From the NCBI GenBank assembly GCA_963807605.1, contig CAWECG010000001.1:535410-599409 (forward strand): DNA of 64,000 nt, in the 5' to 3' direction. This document shows, one piece after another, positions 9,685 to 20,424 of this stretch. A program made the translations under genes and the position numbers. The notes below the pieces were generated by a model. It did no database searches and was not told the origin of the DNA. It saw only the letters and a list, made by a program, of their open reading frames with translations. Within the stretch, counting starts at the first letter, position 1; the number at the start of each line of letters is the position of its first letter. Origin of the DNA: Candidatus Bathyarchaeota archaeon (GTDB taxonomy: Archaea; Thermoproteota; Bathyarchaeia; 40CM-2-53-6; RBG-13-38-9).

Positions 9685-11643
9685 TTGTTTAGAACTACCC
9701 CTATGAAAAGGCTGTACGCGGCTGCTCCATTAACATGTGAGGATAGTCTGCTCAAGTCTTTAGGACGGACTGGCGCTGTCCACCTCGTGGGCGACTACTC
9801 TATCAAAGGCTTCAGGAAGGTCGAGACTGTAGAGAAATGCGATAAGTACATCAAACTCCAGCAGAGGATCGCATCTATTCTTGCCTCTATTCCGCCTGAA
9901 AGTACTGAGAGTAAGGGTTTTCTTGAGAATCTCAAGGCAAGCTTCTCTGTAATTCCTTCCGATCATCCATCAGCAAAGGTTGAATTGAAAGAGATTGAAG
10001 ACTATGTTACAGACTTTGAGGCGAAACTGAATCGCAAAGTCGGCGTCCTAGAGAACCTTCGATCAGAAATCGGGAGGCTGAAGAATCTTGAAGAGAGGCT
10101 TCTCATCCTAGAAAAACACAATTTGAAGATAGACCAGCTAGGCAATTTCAGACACATATTCGTCAAGGCGGGCCTCATTCAGAGGGAGCTTGCCCCTAGG
10201 CTTGGAAGGTACGTAGAAGGCACCAGTGTGACATTCAGATCCTTCCCTGAGAACAGAAAGGAGGACTTTGTAGTCATAACTGGCTTGATGGACGACAAAT
10301 CCCACATAGAGAGTGCCTTACCGATCCTCAACTTCAGCGAACTAACCTTTCCGAGTGACGTAGACCCTGATCCCAAGGAGGCCTTACACGAAGTCTCAGC
10401 GGCAATCAGGCAGAAGACGAACGAGGCAGAAGAGATCGAGACGGCTTTAAGAGAAATGGGCAAGGAGTTTCGGGAAAGGGCAATAATCTATGAGCCAGTA
10501 GTCCAAGGAATCTTGAGACTTGAGGAGGCCAGATCGAATCTTAGTAGAACTGAAAAGGTGAGCTTGGTCCACGGCTGGATCCCTGCTAACAGAGCGAAGG
10601 AAGTCACAGACGCGGTTCTAGATGCAACATCCGGGCTTGCTTTCGTTAAGCTCGGCGACCCAGCTCCGGATGATAACCCACCCGTCAGTATGAATAACAA
10701 AGGTCCGCTGGGACCCTTTGAGCTACTTACCAAGCTTAGAGGGACACCGGATTATAGAGAGATCGACCCCACACCCATAATGGCTTTGCTCTTTACAGTC
10801 ATGTTCGGCCTAATGTTCGGGGATATCGGTAACGGACTTGTCTTAGCCATAATTGGCTTGATCTTCTTTAATCTCCAACGTGACTTCCTCAGAATACCTG
10901 CAAGGGCTGTAAGGAAGCTTGGAGGAATTCTGCTGGCATGCGGAATATCGTCGATGATCTTTGGAGTACTATTCGGTGAAGTTTTCTTATTTGGAGGATT
11001 GATCAATCCCATCCTTTTCAGCCCATTCGACAACCAAATGGCAATCATAGTTGTTGCGCTTGTCTTCGGCGTTATACAAATAGCCTTGGGACTGGTCTTG
11101 AAAATTGTAAATATGCTCAGGAAGGGAGAAGCCCACAGAGCCATATTCGCCGCAATTGTATTAGCTTACTATGTTGTAGGGGTTTTACTGGCAGTAGATT
11201 TTGTTTCAAATATGTCGTTTTCTGTCTTCACGGATAACCCAATCCTGACGGCGGCTGCAATTGGACTGCTGACATTGATCTTTGCTTTCCCAATGATTGA
11301 GGGCCTAATGGAGGGAGAGGTTAAGATTGTCGACAATTTGACGAGAGGGTTCGCGGAGTTCATTGAGACATTCATATCTACACTCACGAATTCGATCTCT
11401 TACGTCAGGCTGGCGGCCTTCGCGATAGCTCATGGCGCTCTGGCAATGTCAGCTGTTATTCTGGCGTCAACTGTTGGAGCACCTTTGAGCTATCTAATAA
11501 TGAACTTCCTCGTGATCATGATTGAGGGCCTAGCCATCCTGATACAGTCTATGAGGCTCACCTATTACGAGTTCTTTACAAAATTCTTTTCTGGAGGGGG
11601 AAAGCCATACCGGCCTTTCACTCTGCCTCCTATCTTTACGTAA
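9685..11643 (+). CDS. atpI: A/V-type ATP synthase subunit I (a)
   Basis: EIDPTP, FGLMFGDIG, SYVRLAAF (essential Arg), RLTYYEFFTKFF. Confidence 0.95.
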   Translation: MFRTTPMKRLYAAAPLTCEDSLLKSLGRTGAVHLVGDYSIKGFRKVETVEKCDKYIKLQQRIASILASIPPESTESKGFLENLKASFSVIPSDHPSAKVELKEIEDYVTDFEAKLNRKVGVLENLRSEIGRLKNLEERLLILEKHNLKIDQLGNFRHIFVKAGLIQRELAPRLGRYVEGTSVTFRSFPENRKEDFVVITGLMDDKSHIESALPILNFSELTFPSDVDPDPKEALHEVSAAIRQKTNEAEEIETALREMGKEFRERAIIYEPVVQGILRLEEARSNLSRTEKVSLVHGWIPANRAKEVTDAVLDATSGLAFVKLGDPAPDDNPPVSMNNKGPLGPFELLTKLRGTPDYREIDPTPIMALLFTVMFGLMFGDIGNGLVLAIIGLIFFNLQRDFLRIPARAVRKLGGILLACGISSMIFGVLFGEVFLFGGLINPILFSPFDNQMAIIVVALVFGVIQIALGLVLKIVNMLRKGEAHRAIFAAIVLAYYVVGVLLAVDFVSNMSFSVFTDNPILTAAAIGLLTLIFAFPMIEGLMEGEVKIVDNLTRGFAEFIETFISTLTNSISYVRLAAFAIAHGALAMSAVILASTVGAPLSYLIMNFLVIMIEGLAILIQSMRLTYYEFFTKFFSGGGKPYRPFTLPPIFT

Positions 11644-11653
11644 GCATTAAATA

Positions 11654-12052
11654 TTGAAGGGAAAGCTTCACAATTGTATTGGCTGGTTATGTGAATTGAC
11701 TAAACAAAGACGAGGCAGAACCATATCCAAGAAGAATTTGATCCTTCTTACCCCATTCATCATAGCACTATTGGTCCTAGCCACTCAAGTGGCATCAACA
11801 TCCGCGCAAGCTGAGCAGCAACCCTCTGGGGCTGCAGGATCCAAGTCATACGGTTTGGTCGCTGCAAGTCTGGCCGTCGGCTTATCTGGGCTGGGCGCTG
11901 GAGTGGCAATCTTTGGGTCAACCTCAGCCGGCATGGCAGCAGCGGTGGAGAGGCCTGAACTGACGACGTGGGTTTTAATCTTCGCAGGCTTGGGCGAAGG
12001 GCTTGCAATCTACGGCCTTGTTGTAGCTATCATGATTCTTGGAAAAATCTAA
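11654..12052 (+). CDS. atpK: A/V-type ATP synthase subunit K (c), single hairpin with N-terminal signal-like segment (start uncertain)
   Basis: GLSGLGAGVA...ERPE...GLGEGLAIYG with the ion-binding Glu. Confidence 0.92.
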   Translation: MKGKLHNCIGWLCELTKQRRGRTISKKNLILLTPFIIALLVLATQVASTSAQAEQQPSGAAGSKSYGLVAASLAVGLSGLGAGVAIFGSTSAGMAAAVERPELTTWVLIFAGLGEGLAIYGLVVAIMILGKI

Positions 12053-12093
12053 AGCTGCGCTTAGCAATCCTCTGTTTCTGTTGAGGTTCCTTT

Positions 12094-13125
12094 TCAGATC
12101 AAGAGTCTTCTCTGGAGTTCCTCCTCGGGAACCTTAAGATCTAGTGCCGTAGCTATTGTGACTAGGTTTCTTGCCTCCCTCTCACACATGAGGAGGTAGG
12201 CAACTACATATCCCAACTCTAAGAACAAGTTCTTCAGCGCAGATGAAGCGTCTTGGTAAAGTCTTTTGGAGATGACGTTCTCCAAGCTTATGGCTGGCTC
12301 CTTGGACCTCCTAATGATCTCGTCTGCAACATCGTGATATGTGGTTCCGGCCAAGATCTCCGGAGCATCTTCCAGCCCAGCTTGAGCCAGTTTTCTCAGA
12401 TCGAATTTGCTGAGTCTGTAATAGATTGGAATCATCATTTCCTCAATGAGTCTAGGTGCAAGCGCCCTCAGCTGTAATGTAAACACCAGTTGAAGATTCC
12501 AAAGGTCGACCTCTTCACCTACAAGCGTTTTGAGACCTTCTCTTTCAATCAGCCCCTCCATCTTCTCCCATAGCTTGGTGAAGTATATTCTGTGAAGAAG
12601 TGACTCAAGAACTATGGGGGACCCCACCCTTTTGTATGTGTCCAGTCCTTCTGCTACAGATGCGTAGTCTGTTTCTCGTAGAAGTGAAACTGCTTCTTCA
12701 ACGTTCTCAGCCTTGGCGAGGGCTGGGAAGTTGACGAACGTGTGTTCTCTGCTTAATGGTATTAGGTGGTATTCCTCGATCTTCTCTTGGGCGTGTTTGG
12801 CTCTAATAATCCTTTTGAGGTTTTCAACCTCAATTCTGGCTGCATATGCGTCGAGGAACTCTTTGATTCTTCCTCTTGTATCGTTTGTGAGGGTGAAGAA
12901 TCTCTGTACAAGGGCCTTTAGGAATACGTTCTCCAACTTCACTGAATCGATCTCTTCCCTTGAGAGTTTGCTGATCTCAGCTGCATAGTCACTCCTGAGC
13001 AGTTGATCAAACATCTCTGTGAGACTTCTTGACTTCGACATTGTCTTGATACTTTCAGAAGTGAGAAGGTGGGTTCTCCTGCCATGGGTTCTTGTGATCA
13101 GGTAGATAGTGGATGGTGTTCTCAC
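12094..13125 (-). CDS. atpC: A/V-type ATP synthase subunit C (AC39/d)
   Basis: 343 aa; ENLKRIIRAK, DLWNL and EREARNL repeats typical of AC39; operon context. Confidence 0.85.
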   Translation of the reverse strand: MRTPSTIYLITRTHGRRTHLLTSESIKTMSKSRSLTEMFDQLLRSDYAAEISKLSREEIDSVKLENVFLKALVQRFFTLTNDTRGRIKEFLDAYAARIEVENLKRIIRAKHAQEKIEEYHLIPLSREHTFVNFPALAKAENVEEAVSLLRETDYASVAEGLDTYKRVGSPIVLESLLHRIYFTKLWEKMEGLIEREGLKTLVGEEVDLWNLQLVFTLQLRALAPRLIEEMMIPIYYRLSKFDLRKLAQAGLEDAPEILAGTTYHDVADEIIRRSKEPAISLENVISKRLYQDASSALKNLFLELGYVVAYLLMCEREARNLVTIATALDLKVPEEELQRRLLI

Positions 13126-13736
13126 TGGTGCGACCTCTTGATCACTTGTTTTACACGTTTGGCTCTGAAGAATTCTTCAAGAGACTCCTCTTCCAGTCTG
13201 CCTTCCACGTATCTGATGAGTTCGAGCAGCCCAGGTATCAGGACCCTCTCAAGAGCATTCACCTTGCGATTCGTCATCATCAACTCGTAGGCTATGCTTT
13301 CAATGCGTGATTCAGCTTCTGCCAACTGGATCAGGTCTTTCATCAGGGCGTTGAGTTCTGAGGCTGCCTGGTAGGCGGATGGGCTTGATATGGAGTTTAT
13401 GTTGGCTTCCTTCTCGACTAGGACTTCCGGGACTATTACTCCCATTATGCTCCAAGGCCGGAGCTGCACTTCCATCTTACTTACTATTGTAGCTTGGGAG
13501 GCTAAGCTAGAATATCCTAGATTCAGGTACGCGGCTTTGAGGGTTTCATATGCTTGCATAAGTCTGCTGTCAAGCTTGTTCCGCTCAGCTACCCTGGAGA
13601 GGAGTTTGTTTGTTTCAGATGCAAGGTGGTCTCTCTTCATCTTTAGGAGTTCTTTGCCTTTCTTTGTGAATTCGATCTGCTCTCTGAGCCTGAGTAGAAT
13701 TCCTCTTGATACTGCCGCTCTTCCAGCAGCGCTCAC
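13122..13736 (-). CDS. atpD: A/V-type ATP synthase subunit D
   Basis: LLKMKRDHL, SIMGVIVP, TNRKVNALERVLIP. Confidence 0.93.
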   Translation of the reverse strand: MSAAGRAAVSRGILLRLREQIEFTKKGKELLKMKRDHLASETNKLLSRVAERNKLDSRLMQAYETLKAAYLNLGYSSLASQATIVSKMEVQLRPWSIMGVIVPEVLVEKEANINSISSPSAYQAASELNALMKDLIQLAEAESRIESIAYELMMTNRKVNALERVLIPGLLELIRYVEGRLEEESLEEFFRAKRVKQVIKRSHQ

Positions 13737-13746
13737 AATACAAGAC

Positions 13747-15171
13747 CTACTCTGGTTGGGTCGCGGCTTCTTTCTCTGGGTAGTATTTCTCTATGTATTC
13801 TTCGTGAATCCTAGTCAATGCCTTCTCAGGAAGTATGGAGAGCAACTTCCACGCAATGCTGAGTGTCGTCTCTATAGTTCTATTCTCGTACTCGCCTTGA
13901 CTGATGAAGTGTGTCTCGAAGCTGTCTGCGAACTTAAGGTAGAGTTTCTCATCCTCACTGAGGCCTACCTCGCCGACTATTCTTGATAAATCTCGGGCTT
14001 GCCGGCCTCTCGAGTATGCACCATAGAGTTGGTCAGCCACATCGCCATGGTCATCCCTTGTCTTGCCTTTTCCTATCCCTTTCCTCATCAATCTTGAAAG
14101 TGAAGGTAGAACATTTATCGGCGGGTATATTCCTCTCATGTAGAGTTCACGGTCAAGAAAAACCTGTCCTTCGGTTATGTATCCACTCAAGTCAGGTATC
14201 GGATGCTGGATATCTCCACCAGGCATGGTCAAAATTGGCATCTGTGTAAGGGATCCCGGCAGACCCTCGATGATTCCAGCCCTCTCATATATCGAGGCCA
14301 AGTCGCTGTATAGGTATCCTGGATAACCCTTCCTGCTTGGCACCTCCTCCCTTGCAGCGCTCAGCTCTCTAAGGACCTCAGCGTAGTTCGTCATGTCGCT
14401 GAGTATGACAAGAACATGCATACCAAGCCTGAATGCGATATACTCGGCTGCTGTGAGGGCTATACGTGGTGTGAAGAGTCTCTCGATGGCAGGGTCATCA
14501 GCCAAGTTCAGGATGATGACTGAACGTTCGAGGGCCCCCGAATCTCGAAACTCGCCCATGAAGTACTCGGCCTCATCATGTCTGAGCCCCATTGCTGAGA
14601 AGACGAGGGCAAACTCCTCCTTCTCGCCAAGGACGGTGGCTTGTCTTGAGATCTGTGCTATTACCCGGTTGTGCGGCATACCGCTCTCAGAGAATAGCGG
14701 GAGTTTCTGCCCTCTCACCAAGGACAACATTCCGTCTATGGCCGAAATTCCGGTCTGAATGAAATTGTTAGGGTAGATCCTCGCTCGGGGATTTATTGGA
14801 GAGCCGTTTATGTCCTCCATCTCACTGGAGATGATTGCTGGCGACCCGTCTACTGGCTCGAAGATGCCGTTAAAGATCCTTCCTAGAATCTCGTCTGAAA
14901 GCGGGATTTTGAAGGCTGAGCCTGAGAAGCTTATGACAGAGTCTGCCTGCAAACCCATCTCGCCCCCGAAGATTTGGATCACAGCCTTTCCCCTACCCAC
15001 CTCTAAGACCCGGCCCATCCTGTCGACTCCGTCTGGCGCCCGGACGGTAACTAGCTCGTCATAACCAACATTCTCAACATTATCTATCATCAAGAGTGAT
15101 CCTCTGACTTCCTGGAGTCCACGATAAACAAGGCCATGGGTTGACGACAACATAGATTCCATGATCCTCAC
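13747..15171 (-). CDS. atpB: A/V-type ATP synthase subunit B
   Basis: [43 protein letters not shown]. Confidence 0.97.
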   Translation of the reverse strand: MRIMESMLSSTHGLVYRGLQEVRGSLLMIDNVENVGYDELVTVRAPDGVDRMGRVLEVGRGKAVIQIFGGEMGLQADSVISFSGSAFKIPLSDEILGRIFNGIFEPVDGSPAIISSEMEDINGSPINPRARIYPNNFIQTGISAIDGMLSLVRGQKLPLFSESGMPHNRVIAQISRQATVLGEKEEFALVFSAMGLRHDEAEYFMGEFRDSGALERSVIILNLADDPAIERLFTPRIALTAAEYIAFRLGMHVLVILSDMTNYAEVLRELSAAREEVPSRKGYPGYLYSDLASIYERAGIIEGLPGSLTQMPILTMPGGDIQHPIPDLSGYITEGQVFLDRELYMRGIYPPINVLPSLSRLMRKGIGKGKTRDDHGDVADQLYGAYSRGRQARDLSRIVGEVGLSEDEKLYLKFADSFETHFISQGEYENRTIETTLSIAWKLLSILPEKALTRIHEEYIEKYYPEKEAATQPE

Positions 15172-15174
15172 CTC

Positions 15175-17007
15175 TTAGGAGACTCCATACTCCTGCCTGA
15201 GCTTGGTCATCTCACCCTCGATCTCTTCAGATAACCTCTGTAATCCTTGGATTCCGCTCTTGTCTTCTTTGGCTCTCTCGAGCTTGGACACCTGAGGCAG
15301 GGACTTGATCCTTTCTGCTGGAACACCCTTCTGGACCAATTGACTTGCTTGGTCATAGAAGTCCAGAAGCGTCTGAAGTAATGCCGCCTGTTTCTCCATC
15401 TCGCAGAAGGCGTCGACCTCGTGGTAAGCGAACTGTCTCAAGAAGGCTTCCTTTATCAGCTCAGACTCAAGCAGAATTAATCGTTGATCATCAGGAAGCG
15501 AGCGTTCACCCATTATCCTTGCGATCGACTCTATCTCAGAGGATTCACTCAAGATCTTCAGAGCTCTTCCTCTGAGTTGGCTAAAATCTGTTCGTAGCCT
15601 CTTCTTCCAGTAGTCGGCAATCTCTTCCGCATATTGACTGTAACTCTGAGCCCATGAACCCAGTAGCCGGTCGACATAGAGACTGTAGCTTTTCAGCCAG
15701 TGGATGGCGGGGAAGTGTCTGCTGTAGGCAAGGTCTCTATCCAAGGCCCAGAAGACTCCAGTGAACCTTAAAGTGTGTATGGTGACTGGTTCGTTGAAGT
15801 CTCCTCCGGGGGGCGAGACAGCGCCTATTATCGAGACTGATCCCTGACGGTCAGGTTTTCCTAGAGCTTTGATCCTTCCGGCCCGTTCATAGAACTCTGC
15901 CACTCTGTCTGGAAGGTATGCGGGGTAGCCGCCTTCGGCAGGCATCTCTTCTAGTCTGCCTGAGATCTCTCTGAGAGCCTCAGCCCACCTTGAGGTAGAG
16001 TCGGCCATCATCGCCACGTCATAACCTTGATCTCTATAGTATTCTCCCATCGTGACGCCGAGGTAAATGCTTGCCTCCCTTGCGGCTACAGGCATGTTGC
16101 TGGTGTTGGCTATCAGGATCGTTCTCTCCATGAGAGGCCTTTTGGTTCTTGGGTCTATCAGTTCTGGGAAGTCCGTCAGGACCTCACACATTTCATTGCC
16201 TCTTTCTCCGCAACCAACATAGACGATCACCTGAGCGGCGCACCATCTGGCGAGTTGGTGAAGCATCACGGTCTTTCCAGTGCCGAAACCGCCGGGTATG
16301 CTTGCTGTGCCCCCTTTCGGAAGCGGGAAGAAGGTGTCTATGACTCTTTGTCCAGTTACAAGCGGCTCGTCCAGTGGCAATCTTCCTTGAGGGGCGAAGG
16401 GTCTTGGTATCCTGATCGGCCATTCCTGCATCAGCTTCACATCTGTCTTCTTCCCATCCTTCTCAAGAGTAACCACAGGATCCTCTACTGTGTAATCGCC
16501 TTCCTTTATCAAAACAACCCTGCCGGAGACTTTTGGAGGAATCAGTATCTTATGGGTTAGAACAGGCATCTCCTGGACAGTCCCAATGATGTCGCCTGGA
16601 CCTGCAATCTCACCTTTGCTTATTGAGGGCTTAAAGTGCCACTTCTTGTCTCGTGGGAGAGTGTTGACTCTTACACCCCTGGTTATGAAGGGCCCTGTCT
16701 GGAGTCTAATCTTGTCGAGTGCTCTTCCCAGACCATCAAGTATATTGTTCAGCAGGCCTACGCCCAGCTCGGCAACTAGACGCTTGCCACTACCAATAAT
16801 CTCTTCGCCAGGTCTCAGACCTGTTGTGTTCTCGTATAATTGGGCGGTGAACTCTTCGACTCCAACTCTTATGACCTCGCCTATCAGGCCTTCCTTTCCA
16901 ACTTCAACTATTTCGCCCATCTCGATGTCTTTGATTCCGGAGCCTACCACTATAGATCCACTGATCCACCTTATCTTTCCAATTCTGGATTTCGTCAACT
17001 TGCTCAC
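15175..17007 (-). CDS. atpA: A/V-type ATP synthase subunit A (no intein)
   Basis: GGFGTGKT P-loop, [30 protein letters not shown]. Confidence 0.97.
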   Translation of the reverse strand: MSKLTKSRIGKIRWISGSIVVGSGIKDIEMGEIVEVGKEGLIGEVIRVGVEEFTAQLYENTTGLRPGEEIIGSGKRLVAELGVGLLNNILDGLGRALDKIRLQTGPFITRGVRVNTLPRDKKWHFKPSISKGEIAGPGDIIGTVQEMPVLTHKILIPPKVSGRVVLIKEGDYTVEDPVVTLEKDGKKTDVKLMQEWPIRIPRPFAPQGRLPLDEPLVTGQRVIDTFFPLPKGGTASIPGGFGTGKTVMLHQLARWCAAQVIVYVGCGERGNEMCEVLTDFPELIDPRTKRPLMERTILIANTSNMPVAAREASIYLGVTMGEYYRDQGYDVAMMADSTSRWAEALREISGRLEEMPAEGGYPAYLPDRVAEFYERAGRIKALGKPDRQGSVSIIGAVSPPGGDFNEPVTIHTLRFTGVFWALDRDLAYSRHFPAIHWLKSYSLYVDRLLGSWAQSYSQYAEEIADYWKKRLRTDFSQLRGRALKILSESSEIESIARIMGERSLPDDQRLILLESELIKEAFLRQFAYHEVDAFCEMEKQAALLQTLLDFYDQASQLVQKGVPAERIKSLPQVSKLERAKEDKSGIQGLQRLSEEIEGEMTKLRQEYGVS

Positions 17008-17008
17008 C

Positions 17009-17629
17009 TTATCTGAAGAGTAGACTGTAGAGTTCTCCGCTCAAACTCTGTCTGGCTCCTGTGAGTCGAGCATCTAGCGTGTTATTGTAGTATTGATGTT
17101 TGTCATAGGAGTGGATTATGACCCCGGGCGGGAAATCTGGTTGGCTTTCAATTTGCAGCTCAACCTCTTCGCCTTTTTCTTCGGTGATCCTTTTTGTTAT
17201 CGCCTTCAGGTTCTTCCTTAGCAGTTCGCTTGCTTGAGGGTTAGACTGAATCGTAAACGTGGAACCTTTCATCTTGGTAGTGCCCTCAACGACGAGACTT
17301 GTGAGGAAATCTCTGTAAGCGGGAGAGTCTGCTTCTTCTGCTAACACGTCAAGTCTCTTCCGGGCCTCATTGAATATACGATCGAGCCATTCCGCCTTTA
17401 CTTTGGTCAATTCTCCCTTCTGATTCATTCGTAGGATAGCAAGCTCAGACCTCTCCCTCGAAAGATTCTCCATGGCCTGTTTTTGTTTATGTTCCTCAAC
17501 AAGTGCGGCTGCTTTCTTCTTCGCATCTTCAATGATTGTTCTAGCTTCAGCCTGAGCTTTCTGGAGGATATCTTGGACTTCAGACTCGGTCTCCTTCTCG
17601 ATGTGGGATCTTATCTGTAGGATACTCAA
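17009..17629 (-). CDS. atpE: A/V-type ATP synthase subunit E
   Basis: N-terminal coiled coil, GVII..YNNTLDARL; position upstream of atpA. Confidence 0.85.
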   Translation of the reverse strand: MSILQIRSHIEKETESEVQDILQKAQAEARTIIEDAKKKAAALVEEHKQKQAMENLSRERSELAILRMNQKGELTKVKAEWLDRIFNEARKRLDVLAEEADSPAYRDFLTSLVVEGTTKMKGSTFTIQSNPQASELLRKNLKAITKRITEEKGEEVELQIESQPDFPPGVIIHSYDKHQYYNNTLDARLTGARQSLSGELYSLLFR

Positions 17630-17946
17630 GACCCCACCTTCATAACGTCTTCAATAATCATCTTCACGGCTCGATCGAGGTTTTTCTCAGCCAGTTTCTT
17701 TAGAGAGATTATCTTCTGCTGGTGGTCTTGCTCGATCTTAAGCTTCTCTTCCTCAAACTCTCTATGTCTGTATGCTTGCGGTTCTGTCGATGAGACAGAA
17801 CTCTGAGCCTCAACAATGACACTGCCCGCTTCTTCCCTTGCTTTCTTTATTACTTCTTCTGCTGTGCTGCGAGCTTGTTTAATCCTATCCTCAGCCATCT
17901 TCTCTTCCTCGACAAGTCTTGTCAGTTCTTCTACATCCGCAGACAA
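17626..17946 (-). CDS. atpH: A/V-type ATP synthase subunit H/G (peripheral stalk)
   Basis: 106-aa charged coiled coil ending NLDRAVKMIIEDV; operon position. Confidence 0.75.
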   Translation of the reverse strand: MSADVEELTRLVEEEKMAEDRIKQARSTAEEVIKKAREEAGSVIVEAQSSVSSTEPQAYRHREFEEEKLKIEQDHQQKIISLKKLAEKNLDRAVKMIIEDVMKVGS

Positions 17947-17949
17947 ATT

Positions 17950-18276
17950 CTAAACCTCAAACTTCAATTCTGCCCCAACAGATTCGCTTATTAAATCATG
18001 CAGCTCCCGGGTTCGTTGACCTGTAGGTCCTTGAAGATCCGGAATCACCGCGAAGACCGGTCTCCCTTTGCCCAAGGACACAATCTTCGCTTTTTCTCTA
18101 TGAAGTTCTCTTGAAAGCCGCTCAGTGAGGATGATCACGTCATATTTTCCTTCAGAGACGAGATTAGAAAGAAGAGTCCTCGCCTCGTCCGTACTCTTTA
18201 TGGGGAAAGCTTCAGCTCCCGCAAGTCTAAATCCTGCCGCAAGGTGTTTGTCAGCTATTATTGCTACTTGTGTCAA
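17950..18276 (-). CDS. atpF: A/V-type ATP synthase subunit F
   Basis: VAIIAD...GFRLAG, IP, ISESVGAEL. Confidence 0.9.
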   Translation of the reverse strand: MTQVAIIADKHLAAGFRLAGAEAFPIKSTDEARTLLSNLVSEGKYDVIILTERLSRELHREKAKIVSLGKGRPVFAVIPDLQGPTGQRTRELHDLISESVGAELKFEV

Positions 18277-18356
18277 TTGCGGCTAGCTTCACCTCAGACC
18301 ATTGTTAACTATGGCGACATATGTTTGTTGAGGCTTTGATTCCCAGTTTTCTAAAG

Positions 18357-18611
18357 CTAGCGGCGCCTCGACTTTCTGTATCTTTGAGGTGCCTGCTCAG
18401 TCTGATATACAGGACCGTAAGACGCAACGTCTGTTAACCCGACGTGACTGGTCATGCCTGCTGTGGGCGAGGTTTGATATACTCCCCAGTCTTGATGTTG
18501 CCTCTCCCAACTCATATGCACGCTATAGCAATCTGAACAGAATTGTTTCTTGCAGTAAGGGCATTCCTCTAACTTGTCCGGCTTCTTGCCACACTTCTCA
18601 CAGAGGTCCAA
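18357..18611 (-). CDS. Small AN1-like zinc-finger protein
   Basis: CEKC...CPYC...FCSDC..H. Confidence 0.6.
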   Translation of the reverse strand: MDLCEKCGKKPDKLEECPYCKKQFCSDCYSVHMSWERQHQDWGVYQTSPTAGMTSHVGLTDVASYGPVYQTEQAPQRYRKSRRR

Positions 18612-18694
18612 ATTCTAACCCCAATCAGTTTTGTGTCTGGGCAGATTTAAGACTTGTAGCATATCGATGGTCGAATTCAGATCTGCGAAATTTC

Positions 18695-19159
18695 TCACCA
18701 AGGACTGTTTATGACGGTCACAGGGCAGGTTGAGTTAAGAATTATCTTGTCTGAAGTGGTTATTCCAAAACGCCTCTCGAATTCACTTTTCCTTCGAACA
18801 CCCAGCACGATAAGGTCTACATTCTCTTTCTGCGCTATCCTAAGAATTTCCTCAGGGGGGTAGCCTTCCAGCAGTATCGTGCGAGACCTTACCGACTCTC
18901 TTGAACACATCCTCTCAACCTGCTTTAGGTACTCCTCACCTTCCTTCCGGTATTGGCCGGCGAAGTCGTGGGAGACCTCTCCCAGATGGCGTCTCTCCTC
19001 GAATACCCTGGATACTTGGCTTGGCAAGACATGGACACCTATAATCTCTGCGCCCGTTATCTTGGCCAATCCAGCTGCATATTGACAGGCCTTGATTGAG
19101 TGAGCCAGCCCAGTGGTCGGAACAAGTATCTTCCTTATGGAGATCGAGCCGTCAACCAT
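18695..19159 (-). CDS. Universal stress protein (UspA family)
   Basis: KILVPT, GYPPEEIL, DLIVLG, SDKIILNSTCPVTVI. Confidence 0.9.
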   Translation of the reverse strand: MVDGSISIRKILVPTTGLAHSIKACQYAAGLAKITGAEIIGVHVLPSQVSRVFEERRHLGEVSHDFAGQYRKEGEEYLKQVERMCSRESVRSRTILLEGYPPEEILRIAQKENVDLIVLGVRRKSEFERRFGITTSDKIILNSTCPVTVINSPW

Positions 19160-19401
19160 TTTTGTTCACAACTAGAGATTGACCCGATATCTATGTTAAC
19201 ACAGCAAAACAAGTATTTTCTCTATCTTAGCTAATATCAGTTTTGTTGAACAGCCCTGGCGCGCCTTTCCAGCTAATGTGGTCACACTTGCCATTTCAAA
19301 GCTCGTAGTCCTTCCGTAAGCACATACTTTTGTCTGATCAGCAAGTTGCATGAGCTCATTCCGTACGTGTGAACCTGTTATCAACTGTGGAGACATTGTT
19401 C

Positions 19402-19751
19402 CTAGGTCATCTGGAAAAAACAGAGTCTCTCTACAGATGAGCTGGATATAATGTAGCCTCCATCTGAAGACATTGTGGCAGTGTATCCGGAATAGTTCCC
19501 CACAAAATTGCCTTGCTTATCAAATACGGTTATTGCGGAAACGATAGCACCGGATTTCACCTCTTTTATGATTTGTATCATGACATTGCCAGTATCTGCT
19601 GAGAATGAGAAGGGAAGCGCCACTCCCCCCTTGTTCCACAACATCTTTCCCGCTTTATCGTAGAAGCACAGTTGGGAAGACCATCCATGATAATAGCTCG
19701 CGTTCGTGCCTACGGCGGCTATGTAGCTCCCGTTCACGGTCGAGGCTGCTT
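19402..19751 (-). pseudogene. C-terminal fragment of a beta-propeller (WD40/PQQ-like) protein
   Basis: NGSYIAAVG, FYDKAGKMLW and MSSDGGYI blade-like repeats; coding signal begins at the (GC)n run at 19752. Confidence 0.5.
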
Positions 19752-19985
19752 GCGCGCGAGCAAAGATCCTGAAGTACAATCAAGAGATAGGATACAAAGC
19801 ATCTGATCTTTCACATGTCTTTGATTACACGCAGCCACATCGATCGTGGGCGTGGACTAGAAGATCATTGAGGTAATGGCTTTGATACAGATAAGACTGC
19901 CCAAACATGCGCGTACCCCACCTAACATGTAACAAAAACAGTCATGGAATATTTTGACTCTTCAGAGCAACTTCGTAGATTGTAT

Positions 19986-20285
19986 TCAGGTTACTCTAGT
20001 TATGAGGGCTGTTACCCCACCGATCAAAACCAGAAACCCGCCAAGATTTCCACCGACTATTCCAATCACAACCAAAACTAGGGTCCAATGGAAGGTCCCA
20101 GTCTTCGGGCTGAGGACCAAGGCCGCTATACCGCAGAACAGCACGCGTGCTATTTGTACATAGGCCATTGCGGCCAGAGTCGCTGAAGGGTAGAAAAGCG
20201 AAGATAATGCTAAGACCATCATCAGTACTGCTCCCACAATCACGAAAAGTCTGGCAGCTTTAAGGAGTGACTTCTTGTCCGTCAT
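19986..20285 (-). CDS. Small membrane protein
   Basis: Three to four hydrophobic helices; likely start MTDKK. Confidence 0.6.
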   Translation of the reverse strand: MTDKKSLLKAARLFVIVGAVLMMVLALSSLFYPSATLAAMAYVQIARVLFCGIAALVLSPKTGTFHWTLVLVVIGIVGGNLGGFLVLIGGVTALITRVT

Positions 20286-20424
20286 CTTGACGATTCCCCC
20301 TCTGACCACTACTGGATCCCTATTTATTCTATACTCCAAATCTTCTCAGGATCAAAAAAGTGGACTGGCGATCATTACAATTCATATACCGATTACTCTG
20401 GTAGTATGGACGAGGCGAGTCACA

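Noticed and set aside
12970-12979. Target in atpC for the orphan omegaRNA guide
   Set aside because: Only a 10-nt match and no TAM-like sequence; compatible with chance
13390-17023. Long antisense ORFs over the ATPase genes (and similar shadows over ppsA, MFS, HDAC)
   Set aside because: Shadow frames of well-supported genes with no recognisable motifs
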